Shown: positions 12,192 through 21,406 of the stretch, piece after piece
How the letters are laid out: each line of letters starts with the position of its first letter
How positions within the stretch are numbered: position 1 is the first letter of the stretch
Assembly: GCA_965240325.2 (NCBI GenBank)
Contig: OZ251239.1
Coordinates: 1,302,001 to 1,366,000 of the forward strand
From: Rebecca billardiae RCC1528
Lineage: Eukaryota; Protista; Haptophyta
Length of the DNA: 64,000 nt
Direction of reading: 5' to 3'
The notes under the pieces: generated by a model
Told to the model about the DNA's origin: nothing
Seen by the model: the letters and a program-made list of their open reading frames with translations, nothing else
The model's database searches: none
Translations under genes and position numbers: made by a program

Positions 12192-13902
12192 GCGGCGGCG
12201 GGAGCGGCGGCGCGGCGCAGGGCAACGAGGGCGCGGCGGGCTCGATGGCGCGGCCGCCGCCTCCGCCGGGCTCGGGCGCGGCCGCCATGGCCGTGCCCAC
12301 CGCCGCCGAGCTGCGCGCCGCGAGCGAAGGGCTCTCTGAGTCCGACACCTTCCTCCTCGAGATGAGCGCGCTGCCGCGTGTCTCACACATGTGTGTGCGC
12401 GCGCTCGGCCGCGTCGGCGCCGGCGCGCGCTCGCTCGCGCGCACACCGCGCACACCGCGCGCCGCGGCGGGGGGCTCGCCGGCGCGCGCGAGGGAAGAAG
12501 CGCGCGCGGCGACGACGCGCGGCGGGAGGGCTGCGCTCGCGGCCGCGGCGGCCATGCGTGCAGCGCCCATCGCGCGCGCGCGCACGCCACCCGCCGCTGC
12601 GTTGCTCGCCCATGCGCGCGCCCTCGTTACCTGACAGCCGTTCCCGCGGCGGCCGCGCGACGCGCCGCGCCGCGCGCAGTGCGCAGGCGCTGCTCCACCG
12701 CGCGACGCTGCCGGACGCGCTCGGCGCCGCGCTCGACGACGCCAAGCGCATGGGCCGCGCGTGCGCCGAGGCACGCGCCTCGCCCGCGCTGCGCGCGCTG
12801 CTCAGCTCGGTGCTTCTCCACGGCAACTTCCTGAACGGCGGCTCGGCGCGCGCGGGCGCGGTCGGCGTGCGCATCGACTGTCTCGACAGGGTGCGTGCCC
12901 GCAGTACCCGCAGTACCCGCAGTACCCGCATTACCCGCATGGGCCCGCATGGCCTTCGCGCCGGGGGTGGGGCGCGCGAGGTGGGGCCGCGCGCGTGCCA
13001 GAGGCTGTGCTGTGGGGCCGCGCGCGTGCCAGAGGCTGTGGGGACGCGTGCAGCCGGGCGCGGCTCTGTGCGGCCGCATGCGCCCGCGCGCTCGGGCGGC
13101 GGCCACGCTGCTGCGGCCGCGCGCGACGGGCACGCCGCGCGTGTGCAGCCGCACGCCGCGCGCCGCGCGCCCAGCCCTCCGCACTCGACAACCGCCGCTC
13201 CCGCCCCTCCTCGCGCCGCCCCGCCCGGCGCCCGCCTCCGCGCCCCCGTGCGCACGGCGCGCCGCGCCCCCCCTCCGCCTCCGCGCGCGCGTGCGCCCGC
13301 AAGCTCAGGCGGCGCAGCTCCGCTCCAACGACCGGCAGCACACGTTCCTGCGCGTGGCCGCGGCCGCGCGCGAGCCGCTGCCGCGCGTCGTGGGCTCTCT
13401 GGAGAACGAGCTGCCCAGCCTGCTGCAGCCGCCCGCGCGCGCGTCGTCGACGAGCGAGCTGCGCGCGCACGCGAGCGCGTGCCGCGCCGCGCTCGCCGCG
13501 ATCACGCAGGAGCTCGCCCTCTGCCCTGTGCGCGGCGTCGAGGAGGAGATTGCAATCTCGGCGCAGCCGGGCGCGGAGCCCGACCTCCGGCACAGCTTCA
13601 AGGCGAGCGTCGCCGAGTTTGCGGAGTCGGCCGCCGCCGAGATGGCCGAGCTGGAGAGGCGGCTCGCTGCGCTGGAGTCGGAGCAGCACGCGCTGGCAGA
13701 GTGGCTCGGGGAGGAGCCGGCGGCGGTCGATCCCGACGAGCTGCTCGGCCAGATCCGCGCCGCGCTCGAGCATCTTCGAGCGGGCGTCGCGGCGGCGCGC
13801 ACCGAGCCGCGGAATGGCTGCGGCGGCGGCGGCGGCGGCGGCGCTGGCGGCGGCTCAAGTGCCAGCAGCAAGGCTGGGCAAGCCCGGCCGCAAGGGAGGT
13901 AG
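6461..13902 (+). CDS. Formin (poly-Pro FH1 + FH2) with long N-terminal extension
   Basis: Poly-Pro FH1 at ~11455-11590. FH2 motifs LRALHWRKL, SVW, LESLF, LLPS, VLLHGNFLNGGSAR.GAVGVRIDCL, LRSNDRQHTFL. Predicted introns 12391-12679 and 12891-13308 join the three frames in phase. Stop TAG at 13900-13902. Confidence 0.85.
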
Positions 13903-14114
13903 GCGGGTAGGCCGGCCCGGCGCGACGACGGTCACGGACACGGTCTGCCCTACGACGACTGATGATCATCCGCGGTTCCGCGCATATCAGGCGTGACTCA
14001 CGGGCCGCACGGGCTCATCTGCTCTATATATATATATTGCGCTGACTGCTGCTCGGATGGCCGGCCATATATGACCGCGTTCCGCGGTCCTTCCGTAGAA
14101 CCAACGCAGTTAGG

Positions 14115-15980
14115 GGCCCGCGGTGCACCCTCCGTCGGCTGACACTCGGCTGCTCAATGTCGTATGAAGATTTATAATGGGCCGGGCCCAGTGGCAGTGG
14201 CAGTCTGCGAGACGCGTCACGCAAGTTGGCAGTCCAGCTTGCCCGCCGCGTGCGCCGCGGCCGCGATCTCGTCGCCGTCCATGTCCTCGAACAGCTTGGC
14301 GGCGTTGGCGATGCGTCGGGACTTGGCGCGCTCGTCCGATTTGTTCATCGCACCCGCCGCCGCGGCGCCGCCCTCGTCCCGCTGCTTGCGCTTGCCGAGG
14401 CGGTTGGAGTTGCCGCGCATCGACCGCGAGCGCGCCGCGTGCGCGCATGCGCCGCCGCCCCGGTGCGCTCCGCTGCCAGCGCCTTGCGTACCTTACGGCG
14501 CCGAAAACGGATCCGGCGCTCAGCGTTGCGCAGCGCGCGTGTGTCCTGGTCGCACGCCTCGCACACGAGCAGCAGCGCCAGCGCCATCTGCGCGTCCTCG
14601 TCGACCTCGGCCGAGTGCAGCGTCACGGGCGCGCCGCCCGCGCGTGCCGCCATCTCCTCGCGCTGCAGCTGCTCTGCGATGGCGCGGTCGCTGCGCAGCT
14701 GCTCGGCCAGCGGGTCGGGCGCGGCGGAGCGCTGCTCGCGCAGGCGGAGCGCGGCGGCGGACGTACTCCTCCAGCGCGGCCTACTCGTCGTTCAGCGGCG
14801 CGCCGGGCCGGCAGCGCGCCCGTGATCGCCGACCGCGTCCGACCGAGAGCCGCGCGCGGCCATGTGTGCGCGCAGCTCCGCCGTCTCCTCCTACGAGAGC
14901 ATGCCTGCGCGGCGGCGGCGGCGGCGCGGCCGGGGTAGCGCATGCGCGAGGTGCGTCAACAGTCAGCGCCGTACGGCTGGTCGGCGCGCCACGTGCCCGT
15001 CGCGCGCGCACGCGCGCGCGCGCGCCGCGCACAGACTCCGACAGGGTCCACGCGCCACAGCGTCTTGGTGCGCGAGTCCCTCGCGCCCGGAAGCGACGCC
15101 TGCGTGGTCTGCGCGTCGGGCAGGTCGAGAAGATGCGCCTCACCATGATCAGGCTCAGCGCCTCGATCACCACCTGCTTCGCCGTGTCGATCATCTTGGC
15201 ACGCCTTGCTCGCACACGGTCGCGTGTCTCATGCCCTGACCACCTTGGTTAGCACGTGGCAGCGGCGGTCCTGGATGCGCTGATGCACCTGGCCCGAGAG
15301 CAGCGGGTTGTTGCAGCTCGGGCAGAACGCCCGCACCGCCATCTGCGGCGCCAGCACCTGCTCCTTCGCGTCGCGCAGTGTCGCAGTCGTCACGCGGCCT
15401 GCGGTCCGCGCGTGCACGCGGTCGCGGTAGAGTTTCGCCCGGTGTTGTTTCAGAACGGCCCGATGTCGTGCGTCCCCAAGCGCATCAACGCGTTCCGCAT
15501 GCCGAGCCGGTTCGCGTGCGCGTCCAGGAATCAGGATTTCTGATCTGTCTTGCGCGACAAGTGCGCGCGCGCCCGCGCCCCCGCGTTTGACTGCGGTCGA
15601 GGCGGTGACCCACTGGTCATCGCGGGGAACGATCGCCGACCGCCCAGTCCGGAGTGGATCACTGTTGTCCGGTGCTGGTGCTGGGCGGAGTCCGGCCCCG
15701 GGCATTACCATGCAATGGCGCAGATTCGTTTACTGACAATGTGACGGCCTTCGATCTTTCTTATGACTCACGTCCGGGCGCGCCTATTTCGTCAATCGCT
15801 TCTTGCGGATAGACAGCAATGTACGGCGGTGTACCCCTCGAAAATTAGCGAAAATTCACCCTCCAAAGCCCTCAAAATCGTCCCCCGTCCCCTTTTCTTT
15901 GATCAAAAGATCTTTTTGACAACGTAGTGAGGGCCCCCGGCGGGGCTCCACGCTACGCGCTCCGCCCTGCACCGCGGGCC
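14115..15980. mobile_element. Putative non-autonomous/decayed DNA transposon with 13-bp TIR GGCCCGCGGTGCA
   Basis: GGCCCGCGGTGCA at 14115-14127 and its exact reverse complement at 15968-15980. AT-rich subterminal region at 15830-15930. Encloses a frameshifted coding remnant. No clean TSD found. Confidence 0.5.
14217..15711 (-). pseudogene. Decayed multi-exon coding sequence of unknown family inside the putative TIR element
   Basis: Protein-like segments in shifting frames with in-frame stops: FLDAHANRLGMRNALMRL, AFCPSCNNPLL, KMIDTAKQVVIEALSLIM, DRAIAEQLQREE, DEDAQMALALL. GTGCGC/GTACGC intron-like donors are present. Confidence 0.55.
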
Positions 15981-16686
15981 ATAACTTATATACAGGTCTG
16001 ATCATCCGTCTTACATGACGACGATATATTAATCGGCACTCAGGCATCCGAGGGCGAGGACCGGTCCGCGGGCGGTCCGCCTCACGGGCTCCCGCTCACG
16101 GCGCGCGAATGGCTAACCCGTAACCGACTAGCCACTAGGCCGACTTGCTTAGTGTATATAATACTAATAGTGACTTGGACCCGCGTAGTCGCGGCGCCGC
16201 CGCGGCGCCGCGCTCGTCACAGACACTTCAGGCCACGGCAGTAAGAGCGTATAGTAATAGTGTCGGACGAGCAGCTAAGACCAGTTAGAGTTAGAGACGT
16301 CAGACCGGATGACAACTCGCGGACGCGATGTGATCGAGGCGCCGCCATATCATCATATCAGCATATATATACCGCGCCAGCAGATACCGCCGTAGTAGTA
16401 CTATCGTCCGCATTCATTCGGATATCCGCCGACCGCCGTGGTGACTGGTGTGACGACTGCGTCTGCTGACCGCGTGCAGAGTGTGAGCCCGGCCCGCGGG
16501 CACCGCGCGGCGCGGTCCGCGCGTCGAACTGCGAGCACGACCATACTGCAGGTCGGGCGGTTGGAAGCGCAGCAGTCGGCCCATCCGGGCCACCCGTAGG
16601 CAGCTGCGCGGGTCCACGTGCCCGCGGCCCCAGGCGCACAGCCTGGGGCCGCAGCTGCGCCGCACGGGCTGTCTGTCGCCCGCAGC

Positions 16687-17157
16687 TCACTTCTTCTTCT
16701 TCCCGGCAGACTTGGGAGTGCGCTTGCGCGCGATCGCATCGAAGAGCAGGACGGAGCCGTGGATGAGCAGCAACACCTTGTACGGGCCGACGCTCGTGCC
16801 GAGGTCGGCGAAGAGCGCGGCGTGCTTCTGAAAGCAGGCGGCGAGCAGCAGGTCGGTGAAGCCGAACACAAACATGAGGTTCCGCCGGAGGAAGGTGCCC
16901 TCGGGGTTCGTGAGCATGGTGACGGCCTTGGCGGTCGCGAGCGTGACGATGAAGACGCCGAGGCAGTTGCTGAAGAAGAGCATCTTTCGTCCCTCGAGCG
17001 ACGCCTTGTTCACGTCCTTGTACAGGCCCTCCATCATCTTGGCGTCGCCCGGGAACGGGAGTGCGACGCCCGGCGCGAAGATGTCGCGGCAGCCCGGGAT
17101 GAGGAAGAGGGCGCTCGTCACAGCGGTCACTAGCCGCACGTACGCTGGAGCCGTCAT
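16687..17157 (-). CDS. Small multi-pass membrane protein (~4 TM) with C-terminal KKKK (KKxx-type ER retrieval signal)
   Basis: ATG at 17157 (MTAPAYVRLV...), strong GC3 codon bias, four hydrophobic stretches, ends SAGKKKK*. 156 aa. Confidence 0.75.
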   Translation of the reverse strand: MTAPAYVRLVTAVTSALFLIPGCRDIFAPGVALPFPGDAKMMEGLYKDVNKASLEGRKMLFFSNCLGVFIVTLATAKAVTMLTNPEGTFLRRNLMFVFGFTDLLLAACFQKHAALFADLGTSVGPYKVLLLIHGSVLLFDAIARKRTPKSAGKKKK

Positions 17158-17327
17158 GGCGCGCGGGCTCGTCTGGGACGGTCGCCGATTGACCTGCGAG
17201 GTGGCTGGCTGGCTCGAACAGCTGGATGGCGGCTCGGCGAAGTCGGCCGAGTTTGCTTCCGGACGGAACATTACCCGCACTTATTGCAGCCGCACTAATA
17301 CTGAAGGGCCCCACCGACCCGGCGGCG

Positions 17328-17828
17328 ATGGCGGCGGCGGTGGGGGTGAGGCCAAGCAGGAGACACTGGCTGGCGTGTGCGGCCACGGGTGCGCTCGCGC
17401 TGCTCGCAGGCAGCGCCGTGGTTGCTCTCCTCGTGCACTCCTCGCTGTCCCTCGGCCGCGAGCTCGACGAGAAGTATTGGAACCCGAGCTACCAGACCAC
17501 CTCCAACTTCTATTGGTTCTTGAACCTGCCGCAGCCGCAGTACGCCCGGTCGGGCGGCGGCTGCGGGCTGTGCATGCGACAGCGATGCTCGCACAGCTCG
17601 CGCTGCGCGCGCACGTGGGGCCTCACCAACGCGCGCGACGACGCGTACGAGCACGACGCGTGCATGTGCGCGTGCTGCGGCATCCAATGCCTGATCTCGG
17701 CGAACGCGCTGTCGCCAGAGGTGGGCTTCTCGCCGTCCACGTACCCGGGGAGCGGGACCAACGGGTGCAACGTCAGTCGAACCCATGAGCACGCGCAGGG
17801 CTCCGTGCTCGACACCTCGTACATGTAG
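17328..17828 (+). CDS. Small Cys-rich signal-anchored/type II membrane protein
   Basis: ATG at 17328, N-terminal hydrophobic segment, CGLC...C...C...CMCACC...C cluster, coding-type codon usage. 166 aa. Confidence 0.65.
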   Translation: MAAAVGVRPSRRHWLACAATGALALLAGSAVVALLVHSSLSLGRELDEKYWNPSYQTTSNFYWFLNLPQPQYARSGGGCGLCMRQRCSHSSRCARTWGLTNARDDAYEHDACMCACCGIQCLISANALSPEVGFSPSTYPGSGTNGCNVSRTHEHAQGSVLDTSYM

Positions 17829-18324
17829 TCGCCGTCGTACGACGAATCCTCGTCATCTACTGTTAGCGGCGTTATCGTCGTCGTCAGTCCACTACGGTTC
17901 CGCATCGCCCCGATGGCCTAGCCCGCCCAGTGCCGCGAAGGCCTAGCAGCCTGGGACGTTTTCGCTCGAGTGCACTCTGACAGGAAGAGGCGAGGAGCTC
18001 CCACGGTGCTGCTGGCGCACGACATGCCGCGCCAGCGGGCGCGGGGCCGCGACACGAATCTGAATGCAGAATGATGCTGGGCTAATGCCGCAGCCGCCGC
18101 GCGTGCGCGGCGGATAATCCGGGACACAGTAACTATAACTGCTCATCACGGCTCACATTCGGTAGTCGGACACGGCACGGACCGCGCGCGGACGACCGGG
18201 CCGTAGGCCGCCGTCGTGCAAGGCACCGCCGGCGGACTTCGCGGCCGGAACGCCATCGGGACCGAGCCGTCCCACTACGCTCACGCCACCGCCGCATCGC
18301 CCGCGCGCACCGCGCCCCGATTCT

Positions 18325-19785
18325 TCACATCAGCAGGTCCACTCCGCATTCGCCGTCCCCCGCGCGCTCGGCGCGCGGCGCGGTGAGCGCAAACGCCGCG
18401 CAGCAGGCGGCCACGAGCGCGTAGCTGCCCAGCGCCGCCCGCATCGACAGCCGGCCGAGCAGCTGCGCGACGAGCGGCGTGACCATCGCGCCGACTCGCG
18501 AGATCGAGATGGCCCAGCCCATTCCCAGGGCGCGTATGGCCGTGGGGTAGAGCGAGGCGGTGAGCACGAAGATGACGATGAAAAGCGCGCAGGACAGCAC
18601 GCGCATCGCGAAGAGCAGCGCGGACACCGCGCCCGCCGACGTGCACGGCACCAGCGCGGCGAGGGTGAGCGCCAGGGAGAGCGCCACCCCCGCGCTGAGC
18701 GGCCCGCGGGCGACGGCGTCGATCAGCGCGAACGCGAGCAGCTCGCCCGGCAGCTCGCCAGCCGTCGCGATCAGGTTGCGCGTGTAGTCCTGCGGCGTGA
18801 GCGCGCCGCACCGCGCAAGCGCGCCGCCCTGCTCCGCAGCCGCCGCCGCCTCCGCTGCGTGGTACCCACACGGGTCCGCGGCCAGCAACTCCGTCGTGAC
18901 GATCACCGCGCCGTAGTAGCTGAAGCCGCCGCAGAACATGACTGCCCACGCGGCGAGGGTGGTGCGGCGCAGCGCCGGCGTGTCGAAGAGCGCGCGCATG
19001 TCGCCGGCGCGCCGCTTCCCGCGCGAGGCCGAGAGCAGCGGCGCCGGCGCCTCGAGCGCCCCCTCCGGCAGTCTCCTGCCCGAGGCGCGCAGCATGCGCC
19101 CCAGAGAGTCCTCTGCGGCTCGCGAGTTGTTCGCGGCGAGCTGGTAGCGAGGGGACTCGGGGACGAAGGCCAGGAGCGCGAGCACGCCCAGCGCCGGGGC
19201 GGAGGCGCACACGACCAGCCAGCGCCAGCCCAGGCTCGTCATCACCGTGCCGGCAAGCGCGGCGAGCGCGACCGCGCCCAGGGACCAGCCCACGTTCAAG
19301 CAGATGGTGAAGCGGCCGCGCAGCCGCGCCGGCGCGATCTCGACGAGCAGCGTGACGGAGACCGTGCCGCCTACGATGGAGGCGCCGGCGACCGCGCGCA
19401 TGGCGAGCAGCACGCCGAACGACGGCGCGAGGGCGCACGCGATCGAGCTGATGAGCGCCGTGATCGTCGAGAGCGTGAGCGAGCGCACGCGCCCGTACCG
19501 GTCTGCGACCCAGCCCCAGAGCACGGAGCCGCACATCATGCCGAGGAAGACGGCGGAGGAGAGCGAGGCGACCTGCGCATCCGACAGACCCCAGTCGCAG
19601 CGCAGCGCCGGCCCGATGAAGGCGAGCAGGAGGACCTCCATGCCGTCCAGCGTCCACGTGAGGGTGCATGCGAGCAGCGTGAAGAGGCGCGGGCGGTTGG
19701 ACAGCGGCACGAGCTCGAGGGCCTGGTCGATCGTGTACGTCGCCCTCTTGCCGCGCCCCGGTGATGCCGCTCCTTCATCCGCCAT
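18325..19785 (-). CDS. MFS transporter, SV2/SVOP/NiaP-like (copy A, intact frame)
   Basis: 486 aa. Motifs YTIDQALE, WTLDGMEVLLL, GWVADRYGR (MFS motif A), LVEIAP..LRG, PESPRY, SLYPTAIRALG.G. Confidence 0.92.
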   Translation of the reverse strand: MADEGAASPGRGKRATYTIDQALELVPLSNRPRLFTLLACTLTWTLDGMEVLLLAFIGPALRCDWGLSDAQVASLSSAVFLGMMCGSVLWGWVADRYGRVRSLTLSTITALISSIACALAPSFGVLLAMRAVAGASIVGGTVSVTLLVEIAPARLRGRFTICLNVGWSLGAVALAALAGTVMTSLGWRWLVVCASAPALGVLALLAFVPESPRYQLAANNSRAAEDSLGRMLRASGRRLPEGALEAPAPLLSASRGKRRAGDMRALFDTPALRRTTLAAWAVMFCGGFSYYGAVIVTTELLAADPCGYHAAEAAAAAEQGGALARCGALTPQDYTRNLIATAGELPGELLAFALIDAVARGPLSAGVALSLALTLAALVPCTSAGAVSALLFAMRVLSCALFIVIFVLTASLYPTAIRALGMGWAISISRVGAMVTPLVAQLLGRLSMRAALGSYALVAACCAAFALTAPRAERAGDGECGVDLLM

Positions 19786-20188
19786 GCGCCGAGTCGATCG
19801 ACATCACCGTCAGGCGTCAGGGGCACCGGATCGAGCCATCCGGCCGCCGGGACCACGGCCCCGGAATCAGGACGGACAGAGGACGGTTACTTTTGTCGTT
19901 GCAAGAATGCATTATGCAAGTGGCTCGCCTACTAGTCTACACTCCGCGACACTCCTTACGTTGAGGCCTACCGATATAGCGTAACCCGTAAGCCTCGGCG
20001 GGTTTGCCCAAGCACACTACTATATGTACACTACACTGTCGTCGCTCCTCGATCACGCCTTGCGCGCGCCTTGGGTTGCTTCCCGGTCTGAGCGCTTCAC
20101 GTCGCACGGGTGGCGTAAGCTGTGTGTGTGATGCAAGCAGACGTCTTCCAAGCCTGGCTTGTAGGCCCCTGATCCGGGGAAGAGCATA

Positions 20189-20697
20189 CAGGCAATCGCG
20201 GGCAATAAGAAGTCAGAGATCTCACGGCTAGCCTCGGTTTCTTAGCCGTTCGGTAGCCCGAGCGCCTACGGAGTCTCAGTTTCTTAGCTCGGTCCGCCCG
20301 CCGCGCAGGCGCGGGGGCCGGGGCGCAGGGGGGCAGAGCCCCCCGCTGAGTCTTTAGGCCCGGCTGGCGAGGCCGACGAAAACTTTGGGCCTTTTTGGAG
20401 CAAATCTGGCATGATGTTGCATGGATCTGCGGTGCACTGGCCAGGAGTCAGTCATCAGGAGAAGTCGGGACTTGGCCTGTACTCGTAGTCGGGCCGCGCG
20501 CCGCGTCCCCGACGGGCCGACTGCGCCTCGCCCCTCGGCGGACCACTCGTCAGCCGGGATGACGTAGTCCCGGTTTCTTAGTGTGACTATGCGTATAGCG
20601 AACCAGCCAATCGCTAGCCTCAGTTTCTAGGCCAGATCCGCAGATAGCAAGCCCCAGTTTCTTAATGTGATAGCTCCTTATTGCCCGCGATTGCCTG
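20189..20697 (+). mobile_element. MITE, Tc1/mariner-pogo-like, copy 1
   Basis: 21-bp TIR CAGGCAATCGCGGGCAATAAG...CTTATTGCCCGCGATTGCCTG. Flanked by TA on the left and CA (mutated TA) on the right. Internal repeated C(A/G)GTTTCT(T)A motifs. No ORF. Confidence 0.9.
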
Positions 20698-20812
20698 CAC
20701 TTCTATCGCCTAGTCAGCCACTAGTGCACTACCGGTTGACAGTAAGTAGTAACCTTCTCCCGGGCGTTCCGGACGCCTGACTCCATTCCGACTACATGCG
20801 ACCACAGCCATA

Positions 20813-21323
20813 CAGGCAATCGCGGGCAATAAGGAGCTGTCACGTTAAGAAACTGGGGCTTGCTATCTGCGGATCTGGCCTAGAAACTGAGGCTAGCGAT
20901 TGGCTGGTTCGCTATACGCATAGTCACACTAAGAAACCGGGACTACGTCGTCCCGGCTGACGAGTGGTCCGCCGAGGGGCGAGGCCGAGGCGCAGCCGGC
21001 CAGTCGGGGACGCGGCGCGCGGCCCGACTACGAGTACAGGCCAAGTCCCGACTTCTCCTGATGACTGACTCCTGGCCAGTGCACCGCAGCATCCATGCAA
21101 CATCATGCCAGATTTGCTCCAAAAAGGCCCAAAATTTTCGTCGGCCTCGCCGGCCGGGCCTAAAGACTCAGCGGGGGGCTCTGCCCCCCTGCGCCCCCCG
21201 CGCCTGCGCGGCGGGCGGACCTAGCTAAGAAACTGAGACTCCGTAGGCGCTCGGGCTACCGAACGGCTAAGAAACCGAGGCTAGCCGTGAGATCTCTGAC
21301 TTCTTATTGCCCGCGATTGCCTG
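20813..21323 (-). mobile_element. MITE, Tc1/mariner-pogo-like, copy 2 (inverted relative to copy 1)
   Basis: Same 21-bp TIRs with TA on both sides (20811-12, 21324-25). The body is the near-identical reverse complement of 20189-20697. Confidence 0.92.
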
Positions 21324-21406
21324 TACGCAGCTCGTCGGGACTTACGTCTCCCGGTTAGCTTGTCGATTTGCAAACGCCAAGGCCTGTGACACGCAGGAAG
21401 ACTGAT

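Noticed and set aside
20189-21323. Short recurring GTTTCTTAG motifs as a possible CRISPR-like array
   Set aside because: Repeats are only ~10 nt and irregularly spaced, lie inside TIR/TA-bounded MITEs, and there are no cas genes. The context is eukaryotic.
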